DNA of 32,000 nt from Candidatus Hermodarchaeota archaeon (GCA_048886185.1 JBHLKY010000017.1:38559-70558), one strand, 5' to 3'. Counted from the stretch's first letter, positions 8,745 to 19,369 are shown. Numbers and translations: made by a program. The notes: a model not told the origin generated them from the sequence alone.

Positions 8745-10282
8745 AAATTATGGCTAAAGGATCGATCCTGAAATTTCAGAGGGTTAAATACTCGATCGAG
8801 AGCATTCCCAATAAACATGAATGACGCTGCTATCAATACGATACATACTCCAGGGGGGATGATGACCCACCAGGCCAGATTGTGAAATCCTGCCTCAAAG
8901 TGAGCTTCTGCTAACATGAATCCCCACGATAGCCAAGTAGTCAATTGTTTAGAGCGTCTATCCAAATCAGGAGATGATAAGCTTTCAATGGGATAATCTA
9001 AAAACGATAATCCAGCTTCTATGTTTATAGCATTGGCAGCATTTGTTGTGAATTCAACAAAGATAAGCCCAAGAATATTGGGGAGAATGTACCTGAACAT
9101 GATATACCAATCACTCGCACCAGAGGCTCTTGCAGACTCAATATAGAGTTGTTCACGTTCTACAATTACCTTCGATCGAATGACTCGGGCAGTTGTTGGC
9201 CAAGCAAATAATGCTATCACATAAGGAAGGAAGAAGAGCGAGATCTGAAATTGAGATGCGAGTAAAAAAATAATGAGTAAGTTAGGATAAACAAGGAGTA
9301 AATCCACCACTCGCATTGTAATGGTGTCAAGTAATCCACCAGCACGATAGCCTGTAATGACCCCAATTATCACACCCATAACCAGAGAGGTCATTCCTGC
9401 TAAGAAGGCTACAAAAAATGACGCTTGGATGCTATAACAGAGCTGTACAAATACGTCCTGCCCTAGATGATTAGAACCCATTAATCCATGTGTTGGACGA
9501 TATACATAAAGTACAACGTTGTCGAACCATATTTCAATAGACCCAACGGCAGCAGGGTTCGTGTACCGAAATTCCACCCCAATTTCGATGTGTACAGTCG
9601 AATTGGGCTGAAGAAGGTAATACAACTGAACCCAGGTGAGGTATCGTGTATATAACATCCATTCAGTGTGCTGTGGAGGAAGTAAAATGAAATTTGTAGA
9701 TTGAGGAGGGATTGAAGCCCCCTCAGGAAGGTGGAGTTTGATATAGGGAGAAAACGAACTACTTATATTCCCAGTCACCTTAGTTTTCATGTGCCATGTA
9801 AGCGAAGCATTAGTAGGTGGGATATAATTCCATGGAAAAAACAGGTCTCCTTTAATGTTTCCTTGATGATTGAGGATAGTGCTATTATCTACGAGAGAAA
9901 AGCGAACTGATCTAGACCCAGTAATGAAATCAGTTGTATCATAATGACTTTCCATGACAGATGGGTCTGAAACATTGAAAGACCAACTATCGGTCTTTGA
10001 AAATTTCGAATCTGGCACAATGTTCCCTGTACCAGGAACTAAACTCTCAGGAAATAATCCAATCCAAATCGGAGGAAGATACTCTGAAGTCACATACGAA
10101 TCCAAACCTCTTGCAGGCGGAAGTGCCCCAATATCGGCTAGAATCGGGACACCAATACCCATTATACCAAAGAAAATAAGCATAAACAGACCGAACATAC
10201 CCCGTTTTTCTTTAGAAAAAGCATGAATCTTCTCTTTAATCCGCTCGTTACGACTTTTCCGGAATTTCATCGTTTTTTTCAC
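8735..10282 (-). CDS. DppC/OppC-like ABC permease with large extracellular insert (paralog 2)
   Basis: Collinear with paralog 1 over its full length. Start set at GTG 10282 because VKKTMKFRKSR and its upstream GGTG align with VKKNIRYRKSR/GGTG of paralog 1 (ORF track starts at 10303). Confidence 0.9.
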   Translation of the reverse strand: MKKTMKFRKSRNERIKEKIHAFSKEKRGMFGLFMLIFFGIMGIGVPILADIGALPPARGLDSYVTSEYLPPIWIGLFPESLVPGTGNIVPDSKFSKTDSWSFNVSDPSVMESHYDTTDFITGSRSVRFSLVDNSTILNHQGNIKGDLFFPWNYIPPTNASLTWHMKTKVTGNISSSFSPYIKLHLPEGASIPPQSTNFILLPPQHTEWMLYTRYLTWVQLYYLLQPNSTVHIEIGVEFRYTNPAAVGSIEIWFDNVVLYVYRPTHGLMGSNHLGQDVFVQLCYSIQASFFVAFLAGMTSLVMGVIIGVITGYRAGGLLDTITMRVVDLLLVYPNLLIIFLLASQFQISLFFLPYVIALFAWPTTARVIRSKVIVEREQLYIESARASGASDWYIMFRYILPNILGLIFVEFTTNAANAINIEAGLSFLDYPIESLSSPDLDRRSKQLTTWLSWGFMLAEAHFEAGFHNLAWWVIIPPGVCIVLIAASFMFIGNALDRVFNPLKFQDRSFSHNFYE

Positions 10283-10509
10283 TAGAAAACACCGATTATT
10301 CAATTAAGATTCTTGTAAAATAGTTGGATCGAACAGAGAGGGAGTAAAGATGTAATATTCCTATTAATCTAAGGACATATTTCAAACGCTTTTATTTATA
10401 CTAAGCTTAAAAAGTCTTCATATGATTGCAATCGCTGTTTTCCAGTATGGGTAAATTTTATCCTCAACTGAACTTAAGTGTTGGCGAGAAGCTGATAATA
10501 ATGGCACTT

Positions 10510-11793
10510 CTAAGATGTAGCAATAACTTCTTGCTTTTTCCTCACTCTTTCATTTCTCAAAATTCTTAGAGCAACAATAACTTGAATTAAAACAAAGAAT
10601 CCTGCAACGAAAAAGGGGATACCGCCTCCGAAGAATCTATATTCGATTAAAATTATTTCTAACGACTGTGAAACAAACAATTCGTAAATCCATGCTCCAA
10701 TAATTGGACCAAATGTAGCACCAACGTTAAATGCTGATTGTATCCGTCCCATTACCTTTCCCCTGACTAATGGAGGGATTTTATCTGCTTGAAACGCACG
10801 ATAAGCTGGAATATAAGCCTGAAAAGCGGTGGAGCGAAATATGAAAAAGATAATTGCCACAATGAGTGTTGTACTTAATGAAACTCCAATAAAAGCAAGA
10901 CCTGTGAAAATCATTCCTACCCAAACAATTTGCATTCTTTCGATTTTATCACTTAATTTTCCTGCTGGATAATTTACCAATAGGGCTATACTTCCGCTGA
11001 TAGTGAAAATAAACCCAATTGTGCCTTCTGTCAAAGAAAAAGCATCAGTCATATGTAGTGTAAATATGGGGATGATTAAACCAATAGAAAAGCCACTTAA
11101 AACTCCTACAAACAAGAAAGATTTTAGATAGGGTGTTATTACTGTATGTTTATCAGTGATCTCATCTGTGATTAATTTCTCAATTGTTTCTTGGTTAAAA
11201 ATATCTTCAATAAAGATAATCACTGATAAGAGAGATGCGAATCCAAGAAGACCAGTGACCGTAAAAGGGACAGTGAATGCTGCTAACGTATCAAGGAAAA
11301 AAATATCTGTTCCAACGGTAAATAATATTCCACCCAGAGCTGGACCAATGATAAATCCAAAATTAAATGTTGTAAAATATTTACCCATCCAAGCACCTCG
11401 ATCTCTCATTGGTACCGAATCAACAAGTAAAGCTTCAGCGGTTGGAAATACTGCTCCTGCAGCAGCCCCTTCAATTATCCTTAAGAAGAATAACCAAAAA
11501 AAATCTCGGGCAAAACCAAGCATAGTTGTGGTTATGGAATAAAAAAGAAGAGCAATAATCAATATTTTTCTTCTACCAACCTTATCTGAAATATCTGGGA
11601 TAATAGCGGATGAAATTGCACGAGCTACCATAAAAATTGAAATTATGACCCCAATCTCGAGGGGACGTAATCGAATTTCGTCAGCAAGCAAGGTAATGAA
11701 TATTGCTAGTAGTCCAAAGCCGATATTTACAATTTGAGAAGCGAAGAGAAGCATATAAGCATTTCTGATCGATATTTTCGGAATCAACATCAC
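10510..11793 (-). CDS. MFS transporter
   Basis: About 12 TM helices; MFS motif A in both halves (DISDKVGRRK, GKLSDKIERM); RIIEG motif B. Confidence 0.92.
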   Translation of the reverse strand: MMLIPKISIRNAYMLLFASQIVNIGFGLLAIFITLLADEIRLRPLEIGVIISIFMVARAISSAIIPDISDKVGRRKILIIALLFYSITTTMLGFARDFFWLFFLRIIEGAAAGAVFPTAEALLVDSVPMRDRGAWMGKYFTTFNFGFIIGPALGGILFTVGTDIFFLDTLAAFTVPFTVTGLLGFASLLSVIIFIEDIFNQETIEKLITDEITDKHTVITPYLKSFLFVGVLSGFSIGLIIPIFTLHMTDAFSLTEGTIGFIFTISGSIALLVNYPAGKLSDKIERMQIVWVGMIFTGLAFIGVSLSTTLIVAIIFFIFRSTAFQAYIPAYRAFQADKIPPLVRGKVMGRIQSAFNVGATFGPIIGAWIYELFVSQSLEIILIEYRFFGGGIPFFVAGFFVLIQVIVALRILRNERVRKKQEVIATS

Positions 11794-11822
11794 TGAATCA
11801 CTTTTTGGAAATTTCCAATTGT

Positions 11823-13073
11823 TTAAAAGACTTTTCGTTTCTTTTTGAGAATTTTTTGGGTTGTTTTTACTGAAAGATTTCTTTGAGACTGATCAATTTT
11901 AATAAAAAGCACAATGACGATCAATGTACCAATAAATGTTATCAAGAGTAGAGGCGAAAAACCAGCAGATTCATTATTTGTTAAAGTTGTTACATTCGAA
12001 AAGATAAAACCAGCAATAGCTGCACTAGGTACACCTCCTAAACGTTGAATGAAAGACAGAATTCCATAATTGGTTGAAACTGCTGAAGGATCTAACTCAA
12101 TAAAACTTAAAATAACTGAAGGTCTCCAAAATGCCACGCTAATGCCCAACATCGCATAAGCAAAAATCAAAACTTCTTCTTGCTGAATAGCAATTGAAAA
12201 AAAGGTCAAAATAATCCACAAAATGCCAGCTATCTCTCCCATTATTAATCCAAAGAGGCGCCCAAAACGATCTACTAATGAACCAGCAGGATATTGAAAA
12301 ATTACAAGGATAACATTTAATGTTAAGTTTAACGTAGCAATGAATGAAACATCAACACCAAAAAGAATAATATAAATGCCATTGGCTATCGATAGAGGCA
12401 GTCCCCACACAAATGTATCAAGAAAGAAGGCAATTGCAGTTAAACGAGACTGTGGATTCTTAAATATATCAATGAAGGGAAAAGAAATCAGATTCTTATT
12501 TGGAGCAACATCACGCAATAATAAGAAATTAAAAATAATTCCAAAAACAAAGAGAATAAAACTAATTTGAAAATAGATAACGAATTCACTGTAAATTTCG
12601 TTCTGAATCATAAAGGAAGCAATTATACCAGCAATAGAAGACGAGTTGTAAACAATGGAATAAGCTAAACCACGTTTTTTGATTGCAGATTCATGAATGA
12701 GTCCTTGTAGAGGGGGATCATAAATACCAATGCCTAGATTGAAAATAATGATACTAATCACTGATATCCATACTTCTGAGCTCCCAATAGAAAGGCCAAG
12801 GATACCTAATATGCTGATAATCTGCCCAACAATAATAAATCTTTTTCTCCCTGAAATATCTGCAGCGAATCCGAGTAGTAGAGGAAGTACAACAGAGAAA
12901 CTTCCGATTGAAATAATATACCCTAAAATTTGAGCTGCTTCAGGAGTAGCACCATATATGTTCAAGAGGTAAGGTTGAATACTTATTACATAAATAGAAT
13001 TGACAAATCCCCACAAGAAGTGAGTCACCGTCAAAGTAATAATGTTCAGATGAAGAAAACTCGGCATTCTCAC
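11823..13073 (-). CDS. MFS transporter
   Basis: About 12 TM helices; motif A ADISGRKR and GSLVDRFGR. Confidence 0.9.
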   Translation of the reverse strand: MRMPSFLHLNIITLTVTHFLWGFVNSIYVISIQPYLLNIYGATPEAAQILGYIISIGSFSVVLPLLLGFAADISGRKRFIIVGQIISILGILGLSIGSSEVWISVISIIIFNLGIGIYDPPLQGLIHESAIKKRGLAYSIVYNSSSIAGIIASFMIQNEIYSEFVIYFQISFILFVFGIIFNFLLLRDVAPNKNLISFPFIDIFKNPQSRLTAIAFFLDTFVWGLPLSIANGIYIILFGVDVSFIATLNLTLNVILVIFQYPAGSLVDRFGRLFGLIMGEIAGILWIILTFFSIAIQQEEVLIFAYAMLGISVAFWRPSVILSFIELDPSAVSTNYGILSFIQRLGGVPSAAIAGFIFSNVTTLTNNESAGFSPLLLITFIGTLIVIVLFIKIDQSQRNLSVKTTQKILKKKRKVF

Positions 13074-13220
13074 TGATTTGGTTCTCCGAAGTCATAAGTA
13101 GTTGGGTAAGCCGATTCTAAGCTCCTAGAACAAGTAATTTTTTATTTGAGGGTGGGAGAGGGGCAGTAATTTCTTTTTTAAGTGGATTATTCTTAGATGA
13201 AAATTCTTGTTTAGATTATT

Positions 13221-14441
13221 TTACCAAACCTGCTTAAGGAGTCGTAAAGCATTACCTCCGATGATTTTAGCAATCTCTTGATCAGAGTACCCATGTTTAA
13301 CAAGCCATCGAGTAATATTAGTCATACACTCAGTTGGATTCTCCATCCCTTGAACATAATCTGGTAATAAATTAACATTTAAATCGCCTGTGTGTCTTGA
13401 ATAATGACCTAATCCCGCACTTTTATATTCATCTTCAACTAGGTGATAATACCCCACATGATCTCCATAGAGGGTATCAGGTCCGCAGCCAACATGATCA
13501 ATACCCATTAACTCAATACAATATTCAAGATGATCCATATAAGTGTTTATGCTAGGAATAGGATGTTCTGTAGTAGCAGTATACCCTGGAGCAGCTTCGA
13601 TTCCTATAATCCCATTTTTTTCACCTAAAGCCTGAAGAACTTCATCTGGGAATAAACGTCTTATTGGTAACAGTGTTCGGGCACCTGCGTGAGAGACAAC
13701 TATTGGCTTTGTGCTGGATTCGATAGTATCCAATGCTGTCTGATCGCTTACATGACTGACATCAATGAGCATCTTTACCTTATTCATCCGAATAATGCAA
13801 TCATACCCAAAATCTGTTAATCCCCCATCACGTAATTCGTTCAAACCAGTACCAAGCATGTTTGATTCGCTGTAATTAAGACCGATTGATCTAATCCCAA
13901 GCCCATATAGAATGTCGATCCGATCCACTTCATTCTCAACACATGAAGCAGATTCTAATACTGCAATCCAAGCTATTTTTCCAGTTTTATGAGCTGTGAT
14001 GATATCTTCTACTTTTTTACAATGAATAACAAAATCCTGATGTGCAATATCACATAATCTTTGTCCCAAATCATGAATCGTATCAGTCCACTTCCATCCA
14101 TGTTTGGAAGTAATGAGTGAACTTCCATTCATCAGATTATCAAACACAGCATCTAAGCTAGAGTGAGCTAGAGCTTCGTAGGCGGTAAATTCTCTCCCCT
14201 CCTTCCACATCTCGATTGATTGGCGTGAATCCTCTGGCATAATCACTGGATGTTCATGAAGATCGATCAGAATATTGTTTTCAAGAATCTCGTCAACCCT
14301 TTCCTCCTCAGATTTTGAAACAGGAACCTTATACGCCCATTCTTCCTTGATGGCTTTTCTCAGTTTGAACGATTTATAATCTGTATCTGGACATAAATAT
14401 TGAAATGCCTTATAACCATTATATTTCTTATTTCTACCCAT
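13221..14441 (-). CDS. Membrane dipeptidase family (peptidase M19, amidohydrolase fold)
   Basis: IDLHEH, GIRSIGL, GLTDFG, MLIDVSH, PIVVSHA, GIDHVGCGPD, IAKIIGGNALRLL; GAGGT SD. Confidence 0.92.
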   Translation of the reverse strand: MGRNKKYNGYKAFQYLCPDTDYKSFKLRKAIKEEWAYKVPVSKSEEERVDEILENNILIDLHEHPVIMPEDSRQSIEMWKEGREFTAYEALAHSSLDAVFDNLMNGSSLITSKHGWKWTDTIHDLGQRLCDIAHQDFVIHCKKVEDIITAHKTGKIAWIAVLESASCVENEVDRIDILYGLGIRSIGLNYSESNMLGTGLNELRDGGLTDFGYDCIIRMNKVKMLIDVSHVSDQTALDTIESSTKPIVVSHAGARTLLPIRRLFPDEVLQALGEKNGIIGIEAAPGYTATTEHPIPSINTYMDHLEYCIELMGIDHVGCGPDTLYGDHVGYYHLVEDEYKSAGLGHYSRHTGDLNVNLLPDYVQGMENPTECMTNITRWLVKHGYSDQEIAKIIGGNALRLLKQVW

Positions 14442-14635
14442 TGGAGTTCATACCTCACGTTTTTCGCAGATTGAGATGTTTGGGTTACTACTAAAAATTA
14501 AACCTTCGACACCAGTGAGTTCAATCCTCAATCATTTGTAACACCTTAGTTACCAAGGAAGTTTTAATAATGACCTCGCTTAAACGTGTCTAGTTATCTA
14601 TCATTGAGGTAGAATCCTAAAGGACGCATCTGAAG

Positions 14636-15502
14636 ATGTCAAATAGAATGTTAACAGTTCTGAAAGCAAATATTACTAGAAATTTACGGATCGATTGGAA
14701 ATATAAGTTGAATTTCATCACAGACTTAGCGTGGCTTGCTGTAGATGTTATAACATTCCTCTTCCTGGGACAAGTCGTCGCTTCGAGTGATATTGATAAT
14801 TTTCTTTATGAAGGCTTGCTAAAAGAATTTTTAGTTGTGGGGGTGATTTATTGGGTTATTTTTACGAGAGCTTATAAAGATGGAGTTTCTGTGATACCCA
14901 ATGAAGCAGCTCTAGGAGCATTAGGATTCATTATAACCAATGATATTACTTTAAGTGATCTAATAGCAGGCCAATTTTCCTCTAGTACTATCAAGACATC
15001 AGTGACTCTCATTATATTCGTGTTACCGATTGTATTCATATTATCAAACATTCCAATTGGAGAAACTACAATTTTGCGACCTCTAATTTTATCTCCTCTT
15101 GAGATTATCATTTTTACCTTATTAATCCTCCTTATCTCCTGGATCTTTATGTTAGGAATTACAATTCTTGCTTCTACTATTAATGTGATTTTTAAAAAGA
15201 GCGGACCATTAACATTTTTACTATCTTATCTCCTCACAATGCTAAGTGGATACTTCTTTCCTCTTGAAGTCCTACGAACATTCGGTTTAGCAGAACTAGA
15301 GCGAGTTTTACATTTAATTCCAACCACAGATATGCTCTATAGCCTACGATCTATGCTAATTATTGGTAAGATTCCTTCTAATATTCTTTTTACTATTATT
15401 GTCAATGGATTTATTTCAGTTGTCTTGCTTACGCTAGCTATGCTCATCATGAGGAAGGTTACACGAAAAGCGGCGTATAGTGGAACATTAGAGTTTTATT
15501 AA
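14636..15502 (+). CDS. ABC-2 type exporter permease
   Basis: 6 TM helices, LSGYFFPLEVL and IPTT...LR motifs typical of ABC-2 permeases; upstream of an ATPase. Confidence 0.88.
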   Translation: MSNRMLTVLKANITRNLRIDWKYKLNFITDLAWLAVDVITFLFLGQVVASSDIDNFLYEGLLKEFLVVGVIYWVIFTRAYKDGVSVIPNEAALGALGFIITNDITLSDLIAGQFSSSTIKTSVTLIIFVLPIVFILSNIPIGETTILRPLILSPLEIIIFTLLILLISWIFMLGITILASTINVIFKKSGPLTFLLSYLLTMLSGYFFPLEVLRTFGLAELERVLHLIPTTDMLYSLRSMLIIGKIPSNILFTIIVNGFISVVLLTLAMLIMRKVTRKAAYSGTLEFY

Positions 15503-15518
15503 GGAGAGATGTTTTACA

Positions 15519-16487
15519 ATGACACAAATTGGCGATCGAGAAATTATCGTAAAAGACATCCATAAATTCTTTGGAGAAAAACACGTGCTAAAGGGAATTG
15601 ATTTTCATTTACCTGATGGAGAGAATTTAGCTATTATTGGGCCAAATGGAAGTGGTAAAACTACGCTTTTGAGAACACTAGCCAGTATTTACCTTCCTGA
15701 CAAAGGCTCCATACGTATTGGTCCTTATGACCTTGTCACTCAAACACCCCAAGCGAGAAGATTATTATCCTATGTTTCTCCCAATCTCTCATTCCACAAG
15801 AAATTAACACTCAGAGAGACCCTTGAGTACTTTGCTGAATTACAGGGTGTTTCATGGAAAAAACAACAAGAATTAATGGATGAAATTGATCTTACAAGAA
15901 TGCTTGATTCTCCTATTGAAGGATTCTCCGAAGGACAAAAGGCTATGACCCGCTTTTTGATCGCACTAATGAAAAATCCCAAAATTCTTGTACTTGATGA
16001 AATCACAGCTACCCTTGACGTTAAGAAAAAAGAATCTATCATTCAATATATTTACGAATTAGACAAAAAACGAGGATTAACAATTCTTTTGATAGATCAT
16101 GATCCCAGTGTTGTTGACCGTCTCTGTGAAAAGTTGTTATTACTGACTCAAGATGGGAAAGTCATGAAATATGGAAATACTTCAAAAATTATCAAACAAA
16201 TTCCATATGCTTATGATGTAAAAGTCGTCCCCCACCCTTCTGTGGACATCAATGAGTTTGTTAAAGAGCTAGGATTTGCTTACAGAATTATGGGTCAGAT
16301 GTGTCAATTTTATGCGGAAACGAAGAAAGAAGTTGATGAAATAACATCAGAATTACTCAACAGGCAAGAAGAAGATATCCTTGAGTTTAGTGTCTCTGGA
16401 TTAAGTATGGAAGATGTTTATTGGCATTGGCTCCTCTTACTGGACATCCCAATTGAGGATAGAACAAAAGAATTAAATTTTGGATAA
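15519..16487 (+). CDS. ABC-2 type (DrrA-like) ATP-binding protein
   Basis: GPNGSGKT, FSEGQ, LVLDE, IDHD, C-terminal SMEDVY; AAGGAG SD. Confidence 0.92.
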   Translation: MTQIGDREIIVKDIHKFFGEKHVLKGIDFHLPDGENLAIIGPNGSGKTTLLRTLASIYLPDKGSIRIGPYDLVTQTPQARRLLSYVSPNLSFHKKLTLRETLEYFAELQGVSWKKQQELMDEIDLTRMLDSPIEGFSEGQKAMTRFLIALMKNPKILVLDEITATLDVKKKESIIQYIYELDKKRGLTILLIDHDPSVVDRLCEKLLLLTQDGKVMKYGNTSKIIKQIPYAYDVKVVPHPSVDINEFVKELGFAYRIMGQMCQFYAETKKEVDEITSELLNRQEEDILEFSVSGLSMEDVYWHWLLLLDIPIEDRTKELNFG

Positions 16488-16678
16488 TTTACCTTTCTGT
16501 ACATTTCTATTTTTATTTTATAATCTCATGATTCTAAAACTCTAAAAATTCTTCTAAACAAAGCAAAGATAATTTTAGAACTCGTAATTATTGCCATATC
16601 CCAAAAATTAATATTTATACAGCCATGATATCTCATGCTGATTAATTCCCTGAATTTTTCTTTCATGAGTGACAATTT

Positions 16679-18013
16679 ATGAGTGAACCAAGAGAAGAAG
16701 CATTGACAACAAGAATTTTGAATCTGCAAACCAAAAGCTTACTTATTCGATATGTGTTTACAGATTTCACTAGGTTAATCGCTTTCAGTATTTCTGGGAT
16801 GTTTATTATCCTATATTTACTAGATACTTTAGAACCAACAGAAGCTGGCATCTTATTTGCTATTAGCTATCTTATAATTGCCTTAATTGACTATCCAACT
16901 GGTGTGCTAGGAGACATCATTGGATATCGCAAAGTAATGATTGTTGCCTACTTTTTTCATATATTATCGTTTATCTTTTTATTAGTCTCGGATTCGTTCA
17001 TTCCTCTTCTAGTTTATAGTGGTCTATCTGCGATCGGGGCATCCCAAGAATCAGGTGCACTGGAATCATGGTTTGATAATAGTTATCATCAACTCGCGGA
17101 TGATCCTGACCGTGAGAAATACAAGTCGTTTCAGGCAAAAAGATCACTAGTTAGCCAGTTTTTATATGGGATTTCATTTGTAATTGGTGGATTAATCGCT
17201 CAATATTTCTCAAGAAAGATTTTATTTGGAGTTTCATTACTTTTAGTTTTGATTGTCTTCATTCTTGTAAGCATCACAGTTAAGGACAGTTACTTGAATA
17301 AAACGGATTTTACTCCAAGAATCTACTTTCAACAATTTTTTTCTGGTTTTAAATTTCTATTTTCACAAAAAGGAATCTTTTTATTTTTTATAGGATCAAC
17401 AGTTATCTGGGCAGCTAATAACAGTATTTGGGTTAATTTTCTATTGTTTCCGACCTATGAAAGCTACGCTGGAGGACAAGATAATTTCACAGCAATGCTT
17501 AGAGCGTTGATGTTCGCATCAGGAGTATTCTGGCAGCTGTTTATTGTTAAATATATCTCTAAGATCAAACGTGTGAAACTGTGGATCCTTATCACAACAA
17601 CATTATCCAATCCAGCATTTTTTTTTCTTGTATATCTCTATTATATCCAGTTCCCGCCTGTTGGACTACAAATTTCACTAATTTTTGGTTTATTTTTAAT
17701 ATTTCAATTACCTGGAATGTGGGAATCACTAGAATTTATTTTAAGAAATCGATTAAATCTGGATTTGGTTCCAGATGAAATAAGGAATGGAATTTATTCA
17801 CTTCTACCTACCTTATCAACTGTGATTGGAATACCTGGAGCATTAATGGGAGGATATGTCTTAAATATCTATGACTTTACAACCGCTATCTTTGTCACAG
17901 GCATCTTTAGCAGTATTGGGGTAATTATCACAGGGATTGGTTTAGCATTGTTACCCAGAATTAGTGAAAGAATGGGGAATTCTAATACCAAAAAGAATTC
18001 TGCTGACCCATAA
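16679..18013 (+). CDS. MFS transporter (putative efflux type)
   Basis: DYPTGVLGDIIGYRK motif A variant, ESGALESW, about 12 TM helices. Confidence 0.88.
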   Translation: MSEPREEALTTRILNLQTKSLLIRYVFTDFTRLIAFSISGMFIILYLLDTLEPTEAGILFAISYLIIALIDYPTGVLGDIIGYRKVMIVAYFFHILSFIFLLVSDSFIPLLVYSGLSAIGASQESGALESWFDNSYHQLADDPDREKYKSFQAKRSLVSQFLYGISFVIGGLIAQYFSRKILFGVSLLLVLIVFILVSITVKDSYLNKTDFTPRIYFQQFFSGFKFLFSQKGIFLFFIGSTVIWAANNSIWVNFLLFPTYESYAGGQDNFTAMLRALMFASGVFWQLFIVKYISKIKRVKLWILITTTLSNPAFFFLVYLYYIQFPPVGLQISLIFGLFLIFQLPGMWESLEFILRNRLNLDLVPDEIRNGIYSLLPTLSTVIGIPGALMGGYVLNIYDFTTAIFVTGIFSSIGVIITGIGLALLPRISERMGNSNTKKNSADP

Positions 18014-18085
18014 GGTTTTACACAATGATAACTTAATAAATGCAAAAATCATTTCAAAAGCTATCAAATTCATGAGAGGTATTGA

Positions 18086-19369
18086 ATGATTTACTGTCCA
18101 TCTTGTGGGAAAGAAATGAATCTCCCGAAGCTACCTAAATTTTGTACTTACTGTGGTGCCGATTTGAGAAACTATACCGAACCCTCAATAAAACCTACTC
18201 AGATCCCTCAAAGAAAGGTTAACAGCAAACCCTCACCCTCATATCGTCCTTCGATTATTATAGCAGGGTGCTTGGTTATTGGTATCATTGTGATAGCTCC
18301 TATCGTGATGATTTTTCTTCTTTTAGGGTCTCTATTCGGGCCCCCCTTAGGCCCAGGTATCGAAATTTATACTGATGCAGATTTTATTAACTACAGCTCC
18401 TCTGGGACAGGAACATCTGAGGACCCTTACATCTTGTCAAATTATACTCTTACGGAGCAATTTATTGGGTTTACGATTCATTCAACAACAAAACATTTTG
18501 TTATCACCAATTGTTCAATCGAAATCTGCTACGAAGGCATTAACGTGGAAAATGTCGCACCTGGAACAGCAAAAATCGTTAGTAATAAGATTACATATGA
18601 TGATTGTTGGGTTTGGGAAACTGGTCCTCACGCTGGAATCACGGTCTATTCATCACCAGGCATAACTATTTCTAATAATACTATTGTCAATGCTGGTTCT
18701 GAGGGAATTCTAATTGTTGATTCAGCAGAATGCCATATTTCTAATAATACTATTTCAGAACAATCGACAGGTATAGGCTTAGAATTTTGTAATTCCTCAG
18801 TTATTGATAATAACAGAGTGTTTTACTGCTATGAAGCTATTACTAGCTTCGAGTCCCATAATGTGAATGTTACCAATAATATCTGTACTGATAATTATTA
18901 TACTTGTATTGTACTTGGAGATTCAGATCACTTACAGATCATTAACAATGTTTGTTCTAATAATACCAGTACTTGGTATTCTTGGTCTACTGGTATCAGG
19001 TTAGAAACATGTAACAACGTTACTATCGCTAATTGTACAATTACTGATTGTTCTCAAGGAATATATATGCCGTCTTCTTCCAACTGCGAAATCTATTACA
19101 ACCGTATTGAATTGAATGCTTTGTATGGTATCGTTATTTTAGATGCATATGAACCAGCTCAATCCAATACAATCTATTTCAACTCATTTATCTTTAATAA
19201 CCAAAAAGGGTTATCTCAGGCATCAGATAATGGAACCTCTAACTATTGGTATAACTCAAGATTAGAACGAGGAAATTACTGGTCAGATTGGACTGGTTCT
19301 GGTTATTATTCCATCGCTGGGACAGCAAACGCATTCGACCTTTATCCACTCTCTTCTCTACCAATTTAA
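18086..19369 (+). CDS. Zinc-ribbon + single TM + parallel beta-helix (NosD/CASH-like) surface protein
   Basis: CPSC...CTYC, Pro/basic linker, TM IIIAGCLVIGIIVIAPIVMIFLLL, G.GT.EDPY, repeated I.NN.I....GI, C-terminal GNYWSDW...D.YPL; GAGGT SD. Confidence 0.85.
   Translation: MIYCPSCGKEMNLPKLPKFCTYCGADLRNYTEPSIKPTQIPQRKVNSKPSPSYRPSIIIAGCLVIGIIVIAPIVMIFLLLGSLFGPPLGPGIEIYTDADFINYSSSGTGTSEDPYILSNYTLTEQFIGFTIHSTTKHFVITNCSIEICYEGINVENVAPGTAKIVSNKITYDDCWVWETGPHAGITVYSSPGITISNNTIVNAGSEGILIVDSAECHISNNTISEQSTGIGLEFCNSSVIDNNRVFYCYEAITSFESHNVNVTNNICTDNYYTCIVLGDSDHLQIINNVCSNNTSTWYSWSTGIRLETCNNVTIANCTITDCSQGIYMPSSSNCEIYYNRIELNALYGIVILDAYEPAQSNTIYFNSFIFNNQKGLSQASDNGTSNYWYNSRLERGNYWSDWTGSGYYSIAGTANAFDLYPLSSLPI

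Noticed and set aside
13148-13163. G-rich tract GAGGGTGGGAGAGGGG as a G-quadruplex
   Set aside because: Only three G-runs of 3 or more, which is insufficient for an intramolecular G4.
15519-16487. Degenerate ABC signature FSEGQ as an inactive ATPase
   Set aside because: xSxGx variants are common in DrrA-type NBDs, and Walker A/B and the H-loop are intact.
16665-16686. ATGAGTGA duplicated, giving a 5-codon uORF (MSDNL) whose stop overlaps the MFS ATG
   Set aside because: No SD and a single 8-bp repeat; plausible by chance.
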